From a virus (taxonomy: Duplodnaviria > Caudoviricetes): a stretch of DNA of 64,000 nucleotides. How positions within the stretch are numbered: position 1 is the stretch's first letter; each line of letters opens with the position of its first letter. Where the stretch lies: the IMG/VR virus record IMGVR_UViG_2639762779_000001, positions 76,320-140,319 of that record. The stretch is one strand, 5' to 3'. The translations under genes were made by a program, and so were the position numbers. The notes under the pieces were generated by a model. It was not told where the DNA came from, searched no databases, and worked only from the letters and a program-made list of their open reading frames with translations. Positions 21,272-31,205 of the stretch are shown one piece after another.

Positions 21272-21582
21272 CTGCAATCAAAATCTTCATCGACAACACG
21301 ATCTATCCCGTAGAAATCCACAAGGGCCAGGAAGTAGCATTTGTTTTCCTGCCAGCCGGAAAACAAACCGCCCAAGGACGCGAACAACCGGTGTATCGGG
21401 CTACATTGGACAACGATACAGGCCGTGTCATCAACGTGACCTGGCAAGCCAAAGGCATGTTCAACCGTCTGGTCACACGGCATGCGCCGTTCCTACGCAG
21501 AATGTTCGGCCAAACGGACACCTACCGGTTCGACAACAACATCGACAGTCCGAAGTTCCTCAACAGCGAGGAGCGTCCATGA
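21268..21582 (+). CDS. hypothetical protein
   Basis: GGAGGA RBS before GTG; ATGA overlap with next gene. Confidence 0.7.
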   Translation: MTAIKIFIDNTIYPVEIHKGQEVAFVFLPAGKQTAQGREQPVYRATLDNDTGRVINVTWQAKGMFNRLVTRHAPFLRRMFGQTDTYRFDNNIDSPKFLNSEERP

Positions 21583-22325
21583 GTAGCGCCGCGCATAAGG
21601 CATCGAAGACCGTCACCCGTTCGGCGATTCGCAAAAAACGCGCCATGCAACGCAGAATCGCGGTCTGTCTGCTGGCGGCGATGATGGGCTCTGGTGCCGT
21701 TGCCTACTGTCTTCTCCCCCACGGCGAGACGGCATATGCAGGCGAACGTTTCGACACTTCGACGGCATTGACTTCAAGCCAGTTGACCTCCGGGTCGGCT
21801 TCGCGTGACAGTCAGCGTGATTCCTTGGATGGTTCGTCATGGGATAGCGGCGAGAACATCGATGCGGATAATCTGACCCTCCTTCACGCCGATAATCCGG
21901 TGGTGCGCGCCCTGATCAACGGGCGCGACCTGAACGCCACGCCGGCCGGCTTCAATCCGGATCACGACAGCGGCGATGACGGCTCCGGATACCCGTACGG
22001 GCAATGCACGTGGTGGGCGTACAAACGCCGGCATGAGCTCGGACTGCCCGTCGGAAGCCGCATGGGCGACGCGAAGGATTGGACGGACGCGGCGCAAAGG
22101 CTCGGCTATTGGACGGACTCCACGCCCCGCCGGGGCGACATCGCCGTGTTCCGGCCCGATCAGAGGGGAGCCAGCCCCGTGTACGGGCACGTCGCCATCG
22201 TCGAGAACGTGAACCCGGACGGGTCGGTCACGATCAGCGAAAGCAACGTGAAGGGGCTCGGCGTGGTCACCACCCGCACCATGGACGCGGACACCGCGCA
22301 CGGCCTCGAATACATCCACTATTAG
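21579..22325 (+). CDS. CHAP-domain peptidoglycan hydrolase
   Basis: TM anchor; YPYGQCTWW, YGHVAIVE, ISESN motifs. Confidence 0.92.
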   Translation: MSSAAHKASKTVTRSAIRKKRAMQRRIAVCLLAAMMGSGAVAYCLLPHGETAYAGERFDTSTALTSSQLTSGSASRDSQRDSLDGSSWDSGENIDADNLTLLHADNPVVRALINGRDLNATPAGFNPDHDSGDDGSGYPYGQCTWWAYKRRHELGLPVGSRMGDAKDWTDAAQRLGYWTDSTPRRGDIAVFRPDQRGASPVYGHVAIVENVNPDGSVTISESNVKGLGVVTTRTMDADTAHGLEYIHY

Positions 22326-22339
22326 AAAGGACTTCCCCG

Positions 22340-22873
22340 ATGGGAGACAGGAAACTTGAAACGGTCGCCAAAGAGGTGTTCCTGAGCATCCCGCCCGCCG
22401 TCAGGACGGGCGTGTTCATCGACGTTTTCACGCCATGCGACTGGCATCACGCCGCCCAGTGCATGGTCGATTACGCGGGGATTCTAGACGACCCGCGCGA
22501 ACCGTTCGCCCCCGCCTGCGACATGCCGGTCATCTGCACGACCACGGTCACGGAAAAGACCGTCGTCTCGGACGTGCGCCCGCTGGTCGGACTGCCGGAC
22601 GACGCCTACGACGACATCGTGGCCGGCGAGATGGATTACGTTGGCGTGCGCAGCGGAACGGACGGACCCGTGTACGTGGGACAGCTGCCGGGCAGCGTCG
22701 AACAGGCATACGACGAATACCTCGATATGATGACCGACATCATGTCCGGGTCGGGGAGGGCCGTGCTGCAGGACGCCCTGGAGGCCGCCCAGTGGCTGGC
22801 ATACCGGCTTTCCGACCTGACCCAAAGGCATCTCGTCTTGGAAAGGAGCCGGACTTGGAAACTCGCGGAGTAA
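22340..22873 (+). CDS. hypothetical protein
   Basis: GAAAGGA RBS; operon context. Confidence 0.7.
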   Translation: MGDRKLETVAKEVFLSIPPAVRTGVFIDVFTPCDWHHAAQCMVDYAGILDDPREPFAPACDMPVICTTTVTEKTVVSDVRPLVGLPDDAYDDIVAGEMDYVGVRSGTDGPVYVGQLPGSVEQAYDEYLDMMTDIMSGSGRAVLQDALEAAQWLAYRLSDLTQRHLVLERSRTWKLAE

Positions 22874-23166
22874 GAGTCAGGTTCTCCTCCCCCGCGCATG
22901 AGAACCGGTACTGGTGGACGATACACGAATGCGACGAACGGTACGTGGTGTGCGTACGCGAACGCCTCGCCTTGCCGGACGGCTTGCTCGCGTACACGGT
23001 GGCCGACCGGCGGAACGGAACACGCGGACACGTTAAGGACGAACGTTCAGGCGTCAAGGGCGCATGCCGTCCATCCGATGCGGCATGGCTGCTGGAACAG
23101 GCGAAAGCGCAGGGAATTACCGACACCGAGCCGCTGCGCGTAGCGGAATACAAGGAGAAGCATTGA
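22855..23166 (+). CDS. hypothetical protein
   Basis: GAAAGGAG RBS before TTG; overlaps neighbours. Confidence 0.55.
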   Translation: METRGVRVRFSSPAHENRYWWTIHECDERYVVCVRERLALPDGLLAYTVADRRNGTRGHVKDERSGVKGACRPSDAAWLLEQAKAQGITDTEPLRVAEYKEKH

Positions 23167-23614
23167 ACGGATTCGACCATACGGGCGTAACGCCCGCGAA
23201 ACATCAGAACAACGCCGCGTCGGACATCCTGACCGGCTGGCACGAGGGGATGTGGGTTTGAGATTCACTGACGACGAGAACCGCCTCCTCGAACTGCATG
23301 TGACCGGCTGGTGCGACGTGGACATCACCGAACGGGCGCTCGACGACATGGGTGAACCCGGCCTGTTCGGCAGACATGTGGCTGACGTGCGCGAAGTGCT
23401 GCGCAGGGCGTTGGACTTGGCGAAATACCCCAACCCGAGCCTAGGTTCGACGATAAGGACATCCTACCGGCTTACAGGCAAAGACCACACCAGTTCCGGC
23501 TGGTACCAAACCGGCGGCGACATGCTCATGAGCACACCCGAACTGGTCTTGGCTGTCAAGGATGGTGTCGGGTCGGTGAGCAAAGGACAAGGAAAAAACG
23601 AATGGAATATCTAG
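23163..23614 (+). CDS. hypothetical protein, probable frameshift in G4 run near 23248
   Basis: AAGGAG RBS before TTG 23163; one extra G joins it to ORF 23252..23614. Confidence 0.5.
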
Positions 23615-23656
23615 GAAAAAACCGACTCACGCACAGGAAAACACAGACCCCCCCGC

Positions 23657-24550
23657 ATGTTCAGTAGGACACTGACCACACTCGCCCTCATCGGCATGCT
23701 CGCATCACTGACGGCCTGCACCGGCACGACGACCGCCATGGACGCCGCAATCCGGCAGCCACAGGCCACAGCCACGGCCCGAACGGACACGGACCTGCCC
23801 GACCATATCGTCAACGGAGGATTCGACTACCCCGACATGGGTATGTTGGGCGCGCGGGATTCCCTGTTCGTGTACATCAGCCGGAAAGACCTCAGCTACG
23901 CGCGCAAGGACACGCAGGACAAGGCGAATCCGGCGGATCCTCCCAGGTTCGCGCTGCCCTCCGGTTTCGACGCCTCCGGATTCGCATGGCATTCCACTCA
24001 GGGGAACACCGGGCTCGCCAACGAGAAACCCGACGACGTGCAGGTCTGGACAGCCTATGACGGAGGCAACCATTATGCGGAACTCGCCGCCGCCCAGACC
24101 GGCACCGCCATCTACCAGGACATCGCCACCGAACCGGGCGTCATGTACAAGTGGAGTCTGAGGCACGCAAGCCTCGACGAGGCGTATCTCGACAAAATGA
24201 GCGTCATGATCGGAACACCCGGCAAGGAGACCGCGCAGGATGCGGTCAGGGTCACGTCGAACGGGCACGGCGACAAGACCGGGCCGGTCGGCAAGATCAT
24301 CGCCACCAGGGTCGCGAACCATCGGAACGCCCAATCCTGGAACGTGGAAACCGACCACACCGGGCAATGGGAATCATACGAGGGCACGTACATCGCGACC
24401 GGCAAGATCACTCGGTTCACGTTCAGGAACGTGGATTCGGCAGCCGACCACGACGGCAACCTGCTCGACGACATCATCTTCGCCAAGGCGTACCCGCTCT
24501 CTTACGACGGGAACGGGAACACGAATGGAAACACCCCGCAAAACAAGTAG
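23657..24550 (+). CDS. lipoprotein with DUF642/galactose-binding-like domain, paralog 1
   Basis: LTAC lipobox; VNGGFDYP...IYQDI.T.PG...GNLLDDI.F; ends YPLSYDGNGNTNGNTP; true start may be 23602, across a C7 run. Confidence 0.85.
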   Translation: MFSRTLTTLALIGMLASLTACTGTTTAMDAAIRQPQATATARTDTDLPDHIVNGGFDYPDMGMLGARDSLFVYISRKDLSYARKDTQDKANPADPPRFALPSGFDASGFAWHSTQGNTGLANEKPDDVQVWTAYDGGNHYAELAAAQTGTAIYQDIATEPGVMYKWSLRHASLDEAYLDKMSVMIGTPGKETAQDAVRVTSNGHGDKTGPVGKIIATRVANHRNAQSWNVETDHTGQWESYEGTYIATGKITRFTFRNVDSAADHDGNLLDDIIFAKAYPLSYDGNGNTNGNTPQNK

Positions 24551-24563
24551 AAAAGAGACAGCA

Positions 24564-25430
24564 ATGAAAAACATCGCACTCCCCCGGACGGTTAAAGCCC
24601 CGGCGGCCGTCATCGCCGCGCTGCTCATGCTCGCCGGCATCCTGTTCGCGCCGCCCTCCCCCGCCGTCGCCGCCCCATTGCCCGACCATCTGGTCAACGG
24701 CGACTTCCAGTATCCGACCGTCCCCGACGACTGGTGGATCTACCCGTGGGGCGGCAACGGCGACGTAAACAAACGGTTCCTCACCATCAACCCCGGCAAG
24801 GCCCGCGCGGGCCAGGGATGCCGTCTTTCCGCCAACGGGCACGACCTCAAGGGCTTCGACCGGGCAAGGTTCGGCTGGGCAAGCACGCAGGACGGCGGAA
24901 GCTGCCCCGGCGGCTCCGGCGAACCGGGCAACGTGGAACCGAACAGGGAATCCGGCGGCAACGTGTACGGCGAGATCACCGCCGACCAGGAGAGGACCAC
25001 CATCTACCAGGACATCGCCGTCACGCCGGGCGCGATGTACACGGTCAGCCTCAGGCACGCCAGCAGCAACCGCGGCCACGTGGATTCCATGCACGTGCTC
25101 GTCGGCGCCCCCGGAAGGGGGCAGCCGATCGACATGACGCGCATCACGTCCAACGGGCACGGCGACAGGGCGGGGGTGACGAGCAAGCTCGTCGCCACCA
25201 GGGTCGGCAACATCGCCAACGAGGACAAGGCCGGGCAATGGGAGTCGTACCGGGGCACATGGAGATGCCCCGACGGGCTGACCGTGGCGCGCTTCTCGTT
25301 CGAGGCGGTTTCCTCCTCGAGCTGGTCGAGCGGCAACGACGTGGACGACATCGCGTTCGTCAAGGCCTATCCGCTCGCATACGACGGCAACGGGAACACC
25401 ACCGGAAACGTTCCGAAGCAATCCAAGTGA
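24564..25430 (+). CDS. secreted DUF642/galactose-binding-like protein, paralog 2
   Basis: Sec signal (AVA); same conserved blocks; ends YPLAYDGNGNTTGNVP. Confidence 0.85.
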   Translation: MKNIALPRTVKAPAAVIAALLMLAGILFAPPSPAVAAPLPDHLVNGDFQYPTVPDDWWIYPWGGNGDVNKRFLTINPGKARAGQGCRLSANGHDLKGFDRARFGWASTQDGGSCPGGSGEPGNVEPNRESGGNVYGEITADQERTTIYQDIAVTPGAMYTVSLRHASSNRGHVDSMHVLVGAPGRGQPIDMTRITSNGHGDRAGVTSKLVATRVGNIANEDKAGQWESYRGTWRCPDGLTVARFSFEAVSSSSWSSGNDVDDIAFVKAYPLAYDGNGNTTGNVPKQSK

Positions 25431-25444
25431 TCAAGGAGAAGACA

Positions 25445-26320
25445 ATGAGAACAATCACCCCCCCCCGGAAAGCGTGTGACCGTCTGACGGCGGCCATCAT
25501 CGGACTCGCCATGCTCGCCCCGCTGGCCGCCTGCTCGACCGGGACCCCCGATCCGCGGGCGGCCTTATCATCCCCCGCGCCGGCCTCCGCCGTCGGGGCG
25601 CGCATGGCCGCGGACGCGGATTTGCCGGAGTACCTTGTCAACGGCGACTTCTCCTACCCGGGGGCGCCATGGGGCAGGAACATGGCATGGAACGTCTGGC
25701 CGGACACCGGCCAGTACGCGACCGTGGACACTTCTTCACCCGCGGGCCGGATCGACGGCTGGGATGCGAAACGGTTCGGCTGGACAAGCACCCAGACCGT
25801 CGGACATGCGGGCGTCGTCGAACTCCAGAACCATTCCGCGTCGGGCAACATCTACGCGGAGCTCGCCGCCTACGAGCCGAACACGAGCATCTACCAGGAC
25901 ATCCGCACCACGCCCGGCACCATGCTCGTCTGGCGGCTGCGCCACACGAGCCTGAACAAGGACTATCTCGACAGGATGAGCGTCATGATCGGCGCGCCCG
26001 GACACGAGACCGCCCAACAGGCGACCCGCGTCAGCGTCAACGGGCTCGGCGACAGGACCGGCCCCGTCGGCACGGTCATCGCCACGCCATCCGGCGTCGA
26101 CACATACGACGGGGACACGGACCCGTGGTGGGAGACGTACACCGGCGAATACCTCGTGCCCGCCGGCCAGACCGTCACCCGGCTCGGGTTCCTCAACGTG
26201 GACTCGAGAAGCGGCACGCAAGGCAACCTGCTCGACGACATCGTCCTCGGCCGCCTCTACCCGCTCCATTACGACGGCAACGGGAACACCAGGGGCTCCA
26301 CTCCGGAACAGAAACAATAG
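25445..26320 (+). CDS. lipoprotein with DUF642/galactose-binding-like domain, paralog 3
   Basis: AAGGAG RBS; C9 run in codons 5-8; LAAC lipobox; ends YPLHYDGNGNTRGSTP. Confidence 0.85.
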   Translation: MRTITPPRKACDRLTAAIIGLAMLAPLAACSTGTPDPRAALSSPAPASAVGARMAADADLPEYLVNGDFSYPGAPWGRNMAWNVWPDTGQYATVDTSSPAGRIDGWDAKRFGWTSTQTVGHAGVVELQNHSASGNIYAELAAYEPNTSIYQDIRTTPGTMLVWRLRHTSLNKDYLDRMSVMIGAPGHETAQQATRVSVNGLGDRTGPVGTVIATPSGVDTYDGDTDPWWETYTGEYLVPAGQTVTRLGFLNVDSRSGTQGNLLDDIVLGRLYPLHYDGNGNTRGSTPEQKQ

Positions 26321-26339
26321 AAAGCAGCAGAAAAAAAAA

Positions 26340-27039
26340 ATGAGAAAACAACCTATATTCAGTGTGACAGCAGTGATCTTGGCCGCCATACTACTCTCCC
26401 CCACTGGAATAGCCATGGCCGGGGAAACCAGCAGAGGGGTTGTTTTTCAGTACTCAAAGCTTTCCGTCAACCACCACAACCCATCGAAATCTGACGGCCG
26501 AAAGCACGTCCACCGAGAACACCGGCACATGGGGAGATGTCGAATCGTTGGACGTGCCGCAAACCAAATCCCAGGCCGAGAAGGATGCCGAAGCAACCCG
26601 TGAAAGACTGGAACAAGAGGCCGCGCAGAATCAGACCGCGAACCGTTCCGAACAACGCGAACCCATTCCGCAGATTGAGCTTGGCTCCGCCACCGGCACC
26701 GGAGCCGATGTGGCCCGGTTCGCAACCGGATTCCAAGGCTACCCGTATGTGTCTGGAGGGAACAGTCCGTCCGGTTGGGATTGCAGTGGTTTCGTCCAAT
26801 ACGTGTATTCTCGGTTCGGTGTGAATCTGCCGCATTATTCTGGAGCCCAGGCGACGGTCGGAACCCCTGTCTCCGGTTTGGCGGAAGCCCAGCCGGGTGA
26901 CATCATTGCGAACAGTGGGCATGCGGCAATCTATATCGGCAATGGCATGGTGATGAATGCGTTGAATCCTGGGATGGGGACGCAGATAACCGGGTTGAAC
27001 GTGTTCCATGGAGGCTATTCGATTCGTCGCGTCCTTTGA
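26340..27039 (+). pseudogene. secreted NlpC/P60 peptidase, frameshift near 26440
   Basis: Signal peptide in the first frame; PYVSGG.SPSGWDCSGF and HAAIYIGNG in the second; removing one T from the T5 run joins them. Confidence 0.85.
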
Positions 27040-27058
27040 TCTTTTCGCGCTCATGGAG

Positions 27059-27100
27059 AGAGGCCGGTGTTCCGCTTGTTTTCGACGGACACCGGCCTCT
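27059..27100. terminator. hairpin between convergent NlpC/P60 and sortase genes
   Basis: AGAGGCCGGTGT/ACACCGGCCTCT. Confidence 0.65.
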
Positions 27101-27138
27101 TCGATACGCTACTTTCCCTAGAATCAAGATACGTTCAT

Positions 27139-28512
27139 CAAATTTTGGCGTGGAGACTCCGTCCTTTAGGGCGGAGAGGAAACGCCCCACCATGTTTTCA
27201 CATTCTATAGTGGTATAATGTGAGTATGTCCGATTCGCAGCAGTTCAAGCGGGCCTACAGGTTCCGCTTCTATCCGACGCCCGAGCAGGAGAACCTGTTG
27301 CGGCGTACGGTCGGCTGCTGCCGTCTCGTGTACAACAAGGCGTTGCACGAGCGTTCCACTGCCTGGATCAGGGAACAGCGCAAGGTGTCCTACAAGGACA
27401 CGAGCGCGCTCCTGACCGGATGGAAGAAGACCGATGACCTGGACTTCCTTAACGAGGTCTCCTGCGTCCCGCTGCAGCAGACGCTCAGGCACCTACAGCG
27501 GGCTTATGCGAACTTCTTCAACCAGACCGGCGACTATCCGGTCTATAAGAGGAAGTCGCACGGGGGTTCCGCCGAATACACGAGGAGCGCGTTCAAATGG
27601 GACGGGCGCAGCCTCACACTGGCGAAGATGAACGAGCCGTTGGACATCCGCTGGTCGCGAACCCTGCCGCGCAAAGCCCAACCCAGCACCGTGACCGTAT
27701 CCCTCGATGCGGCGGGACGCTGGCATGTCAGCATTCTTGTCGAGGAAGGCATATCCAAGCTCCGCAAAAAGAGCACCGCAGTCGGAATCGATTTGGGGGC
27801 CGACAGCTTCGCCATCCTATCCACCGGTGAGAAGATCGACAACCCACGCCACCGCAACCGTGACGCGAAACGACTCGCCAAAGCCCAGAAATCCTTGTCC
27901 CGTAAACAGAAAGGAAGCCGCAACTACGAGAAGGCAAGACTCAAGGTAGCCCGAATCCAGGCGCACACCAAAGACCGACGCACCGATTTCCTGCACAAGC
28001 TGTCCACGAGACTGATCCGCGAAAACCAAACGATCGTGCTCGAGGACCTGGCAGTCAAAAACATGAGCCGCAGGTGCAAGCCGAAACCCGATCCGGAGCA
28101 TCCAGACCGGTACCTTCCCAATGGGCAATCCGCAAAAAGGGGATTGAACCGGAGCATCACCGACACCGGCTGGCGCGAGTTCCGCACCATGCTCGAATAC
28201 AAGAGTATATGGTACGGGCGCACGCTCACCGTGATCGACCGCTGGTATCCCAGCAGCCAGATCTGCTCCACGTGCGGGGAAAACACCGGACACAAACCGT
28301 TGGACATACGCCAATGGGACTGCCCGCATTGCGGAACCCACCATGATCGCGACATCAACGCCGCCAGGAACATACTCGCCGCAGGACTTGCGGTGACCGT
28401 CTGCGGAGACGGGCGAAGCCGACGTGATAACGCCGGTTCCGCCCGTTAGTGAAACAGAAACTCCCTATTGCGAGATAGGGAATCTCCCGTCTTCAGGCGG
28501 GAGAGAAGTCAA
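27139..28512 (+). mobile_element. tnpB-only IS200/IS605-family (IS1341-like) element inserted in sortase 3' end
   Basis: LE hairpin CTCCGTCC-TTTA-GGGCGGAG after TTCAT; RE hairpin TCTCCCGTC-TTCA-GGCGGGAGA ending TCAA; empty site restores a sortase stop. Confidence 0.88.
27226..28449 (+). CDS. tnpB: TnpB RNA-guided endonuclease
   Basis: AYRFRFYPT HTH; RuvC GIDLG, VLEDL, DRDINAA; CxxC...CxxC zinc finger. Confidence 0.95.
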   Translation: MSDSQQFKRAYRFRFYPTPEQENLLRRTVGCCRLVYNKALHERSTAWIREQRKVSYKDTSALLTGWKKTDDLDFLNEVSCVPLQQTLRHLQRAYANFFNQTGDYPVYKRKSHGGSAEYTRSAFKWDGRSLTLAKMNEPLDIRWSRTLPRKAQPSTVTVSLDAAGRWHVSILVEEGISKLRKKSTAVGIDLGADSFAILSTGEKIDNPRHRNRDAKRLAKAQKSLSRKQKGSRNYEKARLKVARIQAHTKDRRTDFLHKLSTRLIRENQTIVLEDLAVKNMSRRCKPKPDPEHPDRYLPNGQSAKRGLNRSITDTGWREFRTMLEYKSIWYGRTLTVIDRWYPSSQICSTCGENTGHKPLDIRQWDCPHCGTHHDRDINAARNILAAGLAVTVCGDGRSRRDNAGSAR

Positions 28513-29673
28513 CGCACCGTTTCCGGAAAACATGGGGAAAATCGTGGCAAGCCACGGGCTGAGCCACGCCCATTGCGCGAACATGATGGTCATCCACATC
28601 ATCAGCCAACTGATGGCTTTCAACGGAATCGGTCCGGTCTGAATACGCCACAACCAAGTGAACAGGCTCCAAGAACTCGGCAACGGTTTCCTGTCCTTAC
28701 GCCAAACCAGCCAGCATACAGAGAAGAACAGTAGCCAGATCATACCGGATGCCACAGCGAAGAACCTATTGACCGGCATATGCTTGCTGACTTTCTGCAC
28801 GGTCTCGCTGACGGTCGCATGAGCCTGCTTCACCACATTCGACTTATCCAGCACAAGCTCTTGAGGAATGCCGTCGGCGGTCTTGGCCCAGTATTTGAAC
28901 CGGCCACGCACGATGAAACGTGCCGACAACGAGTCCTGCAAGTTCAATGAGTTCTTGCATGTGGTCAGGGTTATGATTCTCGCATCACCTTGATCGGATA
29001 ACACGTTCACGTCTTCCGGTGTGGTCTGCCAACTGGATTGCATCTCGTACACGTACCAGTAGTCGGCGGTTTGGATGACGATGGCGTCACCTGTTTCCAG
29101 CCGGTCGGCCGGACCCATATCGCCGGGCGTACGATGTCCCGCATACGCGCTGTTGCCTTTCCCTCCCGGCATGACGGTGTTCTCATAATGTCCGAGACCG
29201 TAATTGTCGAGAACGGTAAGGTCTGTTCCTTGTTGGATGGCTCGTTTCCAATTGTCTCCGAACCGGGGAATGTACATCCATCCGAGCACCGCGCCGTGTT
29301 TTGGCACTGTTTCGATGGGCGGATCCCCTTCCTGCGCTTTGGCTATTCGCTGTTCGCCATTCGCAGTGGAGTCTTTCACTTCCTTGAACCCCTCATTTTT
29401 TGACAGTACCTGCTGGGTGTGTATCTGATCCATGCCGTTGCCAATGTAAATCCACCCCATGTGGAATCCGAGCAGTATCGCGGTCACTATCATCAATCCG
29501 CTCAACAGTTGCAGAATATGCCTGCTGGATGAGGTTTTGGGCTGCACCGGCAATGATCGTCTGCCGCGCGGCTGCTGTTGGCCGTCGGTATTCATCGGCG
29601 TGGTTTTCTGCGCTGTTTCTGCGGCTTCCTTTAACCGGTTTCGTTTGACGGCTGATACCGTGTGTCTTCCCAT
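28465..29673 (-). CDS. sortase (class E/C-like); last 15 aa come from the IS
   Basis: N-terminal TM, AGHR, TLTTC and downstream catalytic R, C-terminal TMs. Confidence 0.92.
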   Translation of the reverse strand: MGRHTVSAVKRNRLKEAAETAQKTTPMNTDGQQQPRGRRSLPVQPKTSSSRHILQLLSGLMIVTAILLGFHMGWIYIGNGMDQIHTQQVLSKNEGFKEVKDSTANGEQRIAKAQEGDPPIETVPKHGAVLGWMYIPRFGDNWKRAIQQGTDLTVLDNYGLGHYENTVMPGGKGNSAYAGHRTPGDMGPADRLETGDAIVIQTADYWYVYEMQSSWQTTPEDVNVLSDQGDARIITLTTCKNSLNLQDSLSARFIVRGRFKYWAKTADGIPQELVLDKSNVVKQAHATVSETVQKVSKHMPVNRFFAVASGMIWLLFFSVCWLVWRKDRKPLPSSWSLFTWLWRIQTGPIPLKAISWLMMWMTIMFAQWAWLSPWLATIFPMFSGNGALTSLPPEDGRFPISQ

Positions 29674-29676
29674 AGT

Positions 29677-30231
29677 TTATTCGTTCCTGCCTGTTATCGG
29701 ATAAGTGCTGCCATGCAGCGTGTAGTAGGCATCCGCGATGTGTGCGCTGTCGCAGGGAACACCGTGATCATGAAGCCGGTCGAAAAGTTCGTCGGAATCG
29801 CATGGTGTTTGCGCCACAAGCCTAGGAATCGGCCTGTACCCTTTTGGAGTCGCGAACTCGTATTCCACGCCGGATGGTTCATGCGAGCCGGTGAATTGGA
29901 TTCTCAGATCGGCTTGCACGGTGATGCCGGTTTCCTCGCATAGTCTGACCGCATTCTCCATGTCGCCTATCTCAAAACGGTTGAGAATGCTTTCGGCTAT
30001 CTGCCGTTCCATCGTATATTCACGGTCATCCGTGTCAATACATGAGGCCAACAGTGCGCTTCTCTTCCGCTTGTCAGGAAGTCGTATCATGTCGGCGAGC
30101 TTGGACTCTTCCAGATGTGTGTGGAAAGCCAGCAGGTTGACTGCCAGTTCGGAGTCGTTGTTGGAGAAAACGATTCGGACGTTTTCCAACTGGTTTGGGG
30201 CGAGCCAGTCCAATGCTTTGAGTGGGCTCAC
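29677..30231 (-). CDS. hypothetical protein
   Basis: GTGA overlap with upstream gene; GGGGA RBS. Confidence 0.7.
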   Translation of the reverse strand: MSPLKALDWLAPNQLENVRIVFSNNDSELAVNLLAFHTHLEESKLADMIRLPDKRKRSALLASCIDTDDREYTMERQIAESILNRFEIGDMENAVRLCEETGITVQADLRIQFTGSHEPSGVEYEFATPKGYRPIPRLVAQTPCDSDELFDRLHDHGVPCDSAHIADAYYTLHGSTYPITGRNE

Positions 30232-30437
30232 TCCCCTGCCTCCTCGTTATTGGTGAGGTTGGCGGAACGCTCCCATCCTGAGTAGATATGCATGATGAGC
30301 AGGCATGCGGATAGGGGAAATGTGATGGACAGGATTGCCATGAGGAGTCCTGTGGTATGCCACATGAATATTCCACTGATCAGACATAGAGAGATGAGCG
30401 TCATGTTGGCGTTTTGGGTGAAGGTGTTGTTGTGCAT
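30228..30437 (-). CDS. small two-TM membrane protein
   Basis: Directly follows conserved promoter/RBS module. Confidence 0.7.
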   Translation of the reverse strand: MHNNTFTQNANMTLISLCLISGIFMWHTTGLLMAILSITFPLSACLLIMHIYSGWERSANLTNNEEAGE

Positions 30438-30439
30438 GG

Positions 30440-30502
30440 TTTCCTCTTCAAATGTTTTTTATGTGGACATATTCAGTATAACATATTTAATTCTGGCGTC
30501 AA
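30440..30502 (-). promoter_or_regulatory. conserved promoter/operator/RBS module, copy 4
   Basis: TTGACG-N16-TATACTGAATATGTCCACATAAAAAACATTTGAAGAGGAAA; a partial opposite-facing copy lies at 30548-30570. Confidence 0.8.
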
Positions 30503-30671
30503 ACCAAAAAAAATGGTTCCCGACCCTCAGAGAAGAGCCGGGAACCGGTGTCCACATAAAAAAATCTTCAAAAGGAAAGTGCAAAAAACACAACCTAAAA
30601 AATCTTTTTTTATGGCATCCGAAGATGCACTGATTACTGTAAATGCCATACTGGACAGTCTCAAATAACGA

Positions 30672-31103
30672 CTATTCGCCATCCATATACAGCTCCTCGT
30701 CGGCCACGTCATCACTGCCCTCATATACAACCACTCCATCAACATCACGATGCTCGTCGAACCAATCCTTGGCCGTCTCGACATCCATGCCTTCCGGAGC
30801 GGAGAACCGCACATACTGGCGGGTGGTTGTGAGAATAGTGACACCGTAGAGACGGTTCTCCGGCTCCTCCACGATATTGTCGTCGATATGGGTTTGTAGC
30901 CAGAACGGGAACGTGCCGCGATCTTCGGGCTGGTTCTCGTTCTCCTGTTCGGCCCAGAGTTCGGCCAGTTGATTCAGTGTGGTGTCGTTGCCGTTATGCT
31001 TCCAGCCGTCGTTTGGATAGTTGTGGAGCTGTTCGACGTTGCGGACTTCGCGGAGAATGTCGTTGCGGGTGATGTCGTCTTCGTGCATGTAGGTGCGTTC
31101 CAT
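30672..31103 (-). CDS. acidic hypothetical protein
   Basis: ATG after conserved module RBS. Confidence 0.75.
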   Translation of the reverse strand: MERTYMHEDDITRNDILREVRNVEQLHNYPNDGWKHNGNDTTLNQLAELWAEQENENQPEDRGTFPFWLQTHIDDNIVEEPENRLYGVTILTTTRQYVRFSAPEGMDVETAKDWFDEHRDVDGVVVYEGSDDVADEELYMDGE

Positions 31104-31110
31104 TTTCTTG

Positions 31111-31150
31111 TTTCCTCTTTCGATTATTTTATGTGGACATATCCAGTATA
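31111..31150 (-). promoter_or_regulatory. conserved promoter/operator/RBS module, copy 5
   Basis: TATACTGGATATGTCCACATAAAATAATCGAAAGAGGAAA. Confidence 0.8.
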
Positions 31151-31205
31151 GCATATATCTTGACAAATCAATACCATAAACACAGCACCCAATGAAGGAA
31201 AACCC

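Noticed and set aside
23657-26320. Classical invertible shufflon or DGR
   Set aside because: All cassettes are in the same orientation with their own starts; no recombinase, inverted sites or reverse transcriptase in the window
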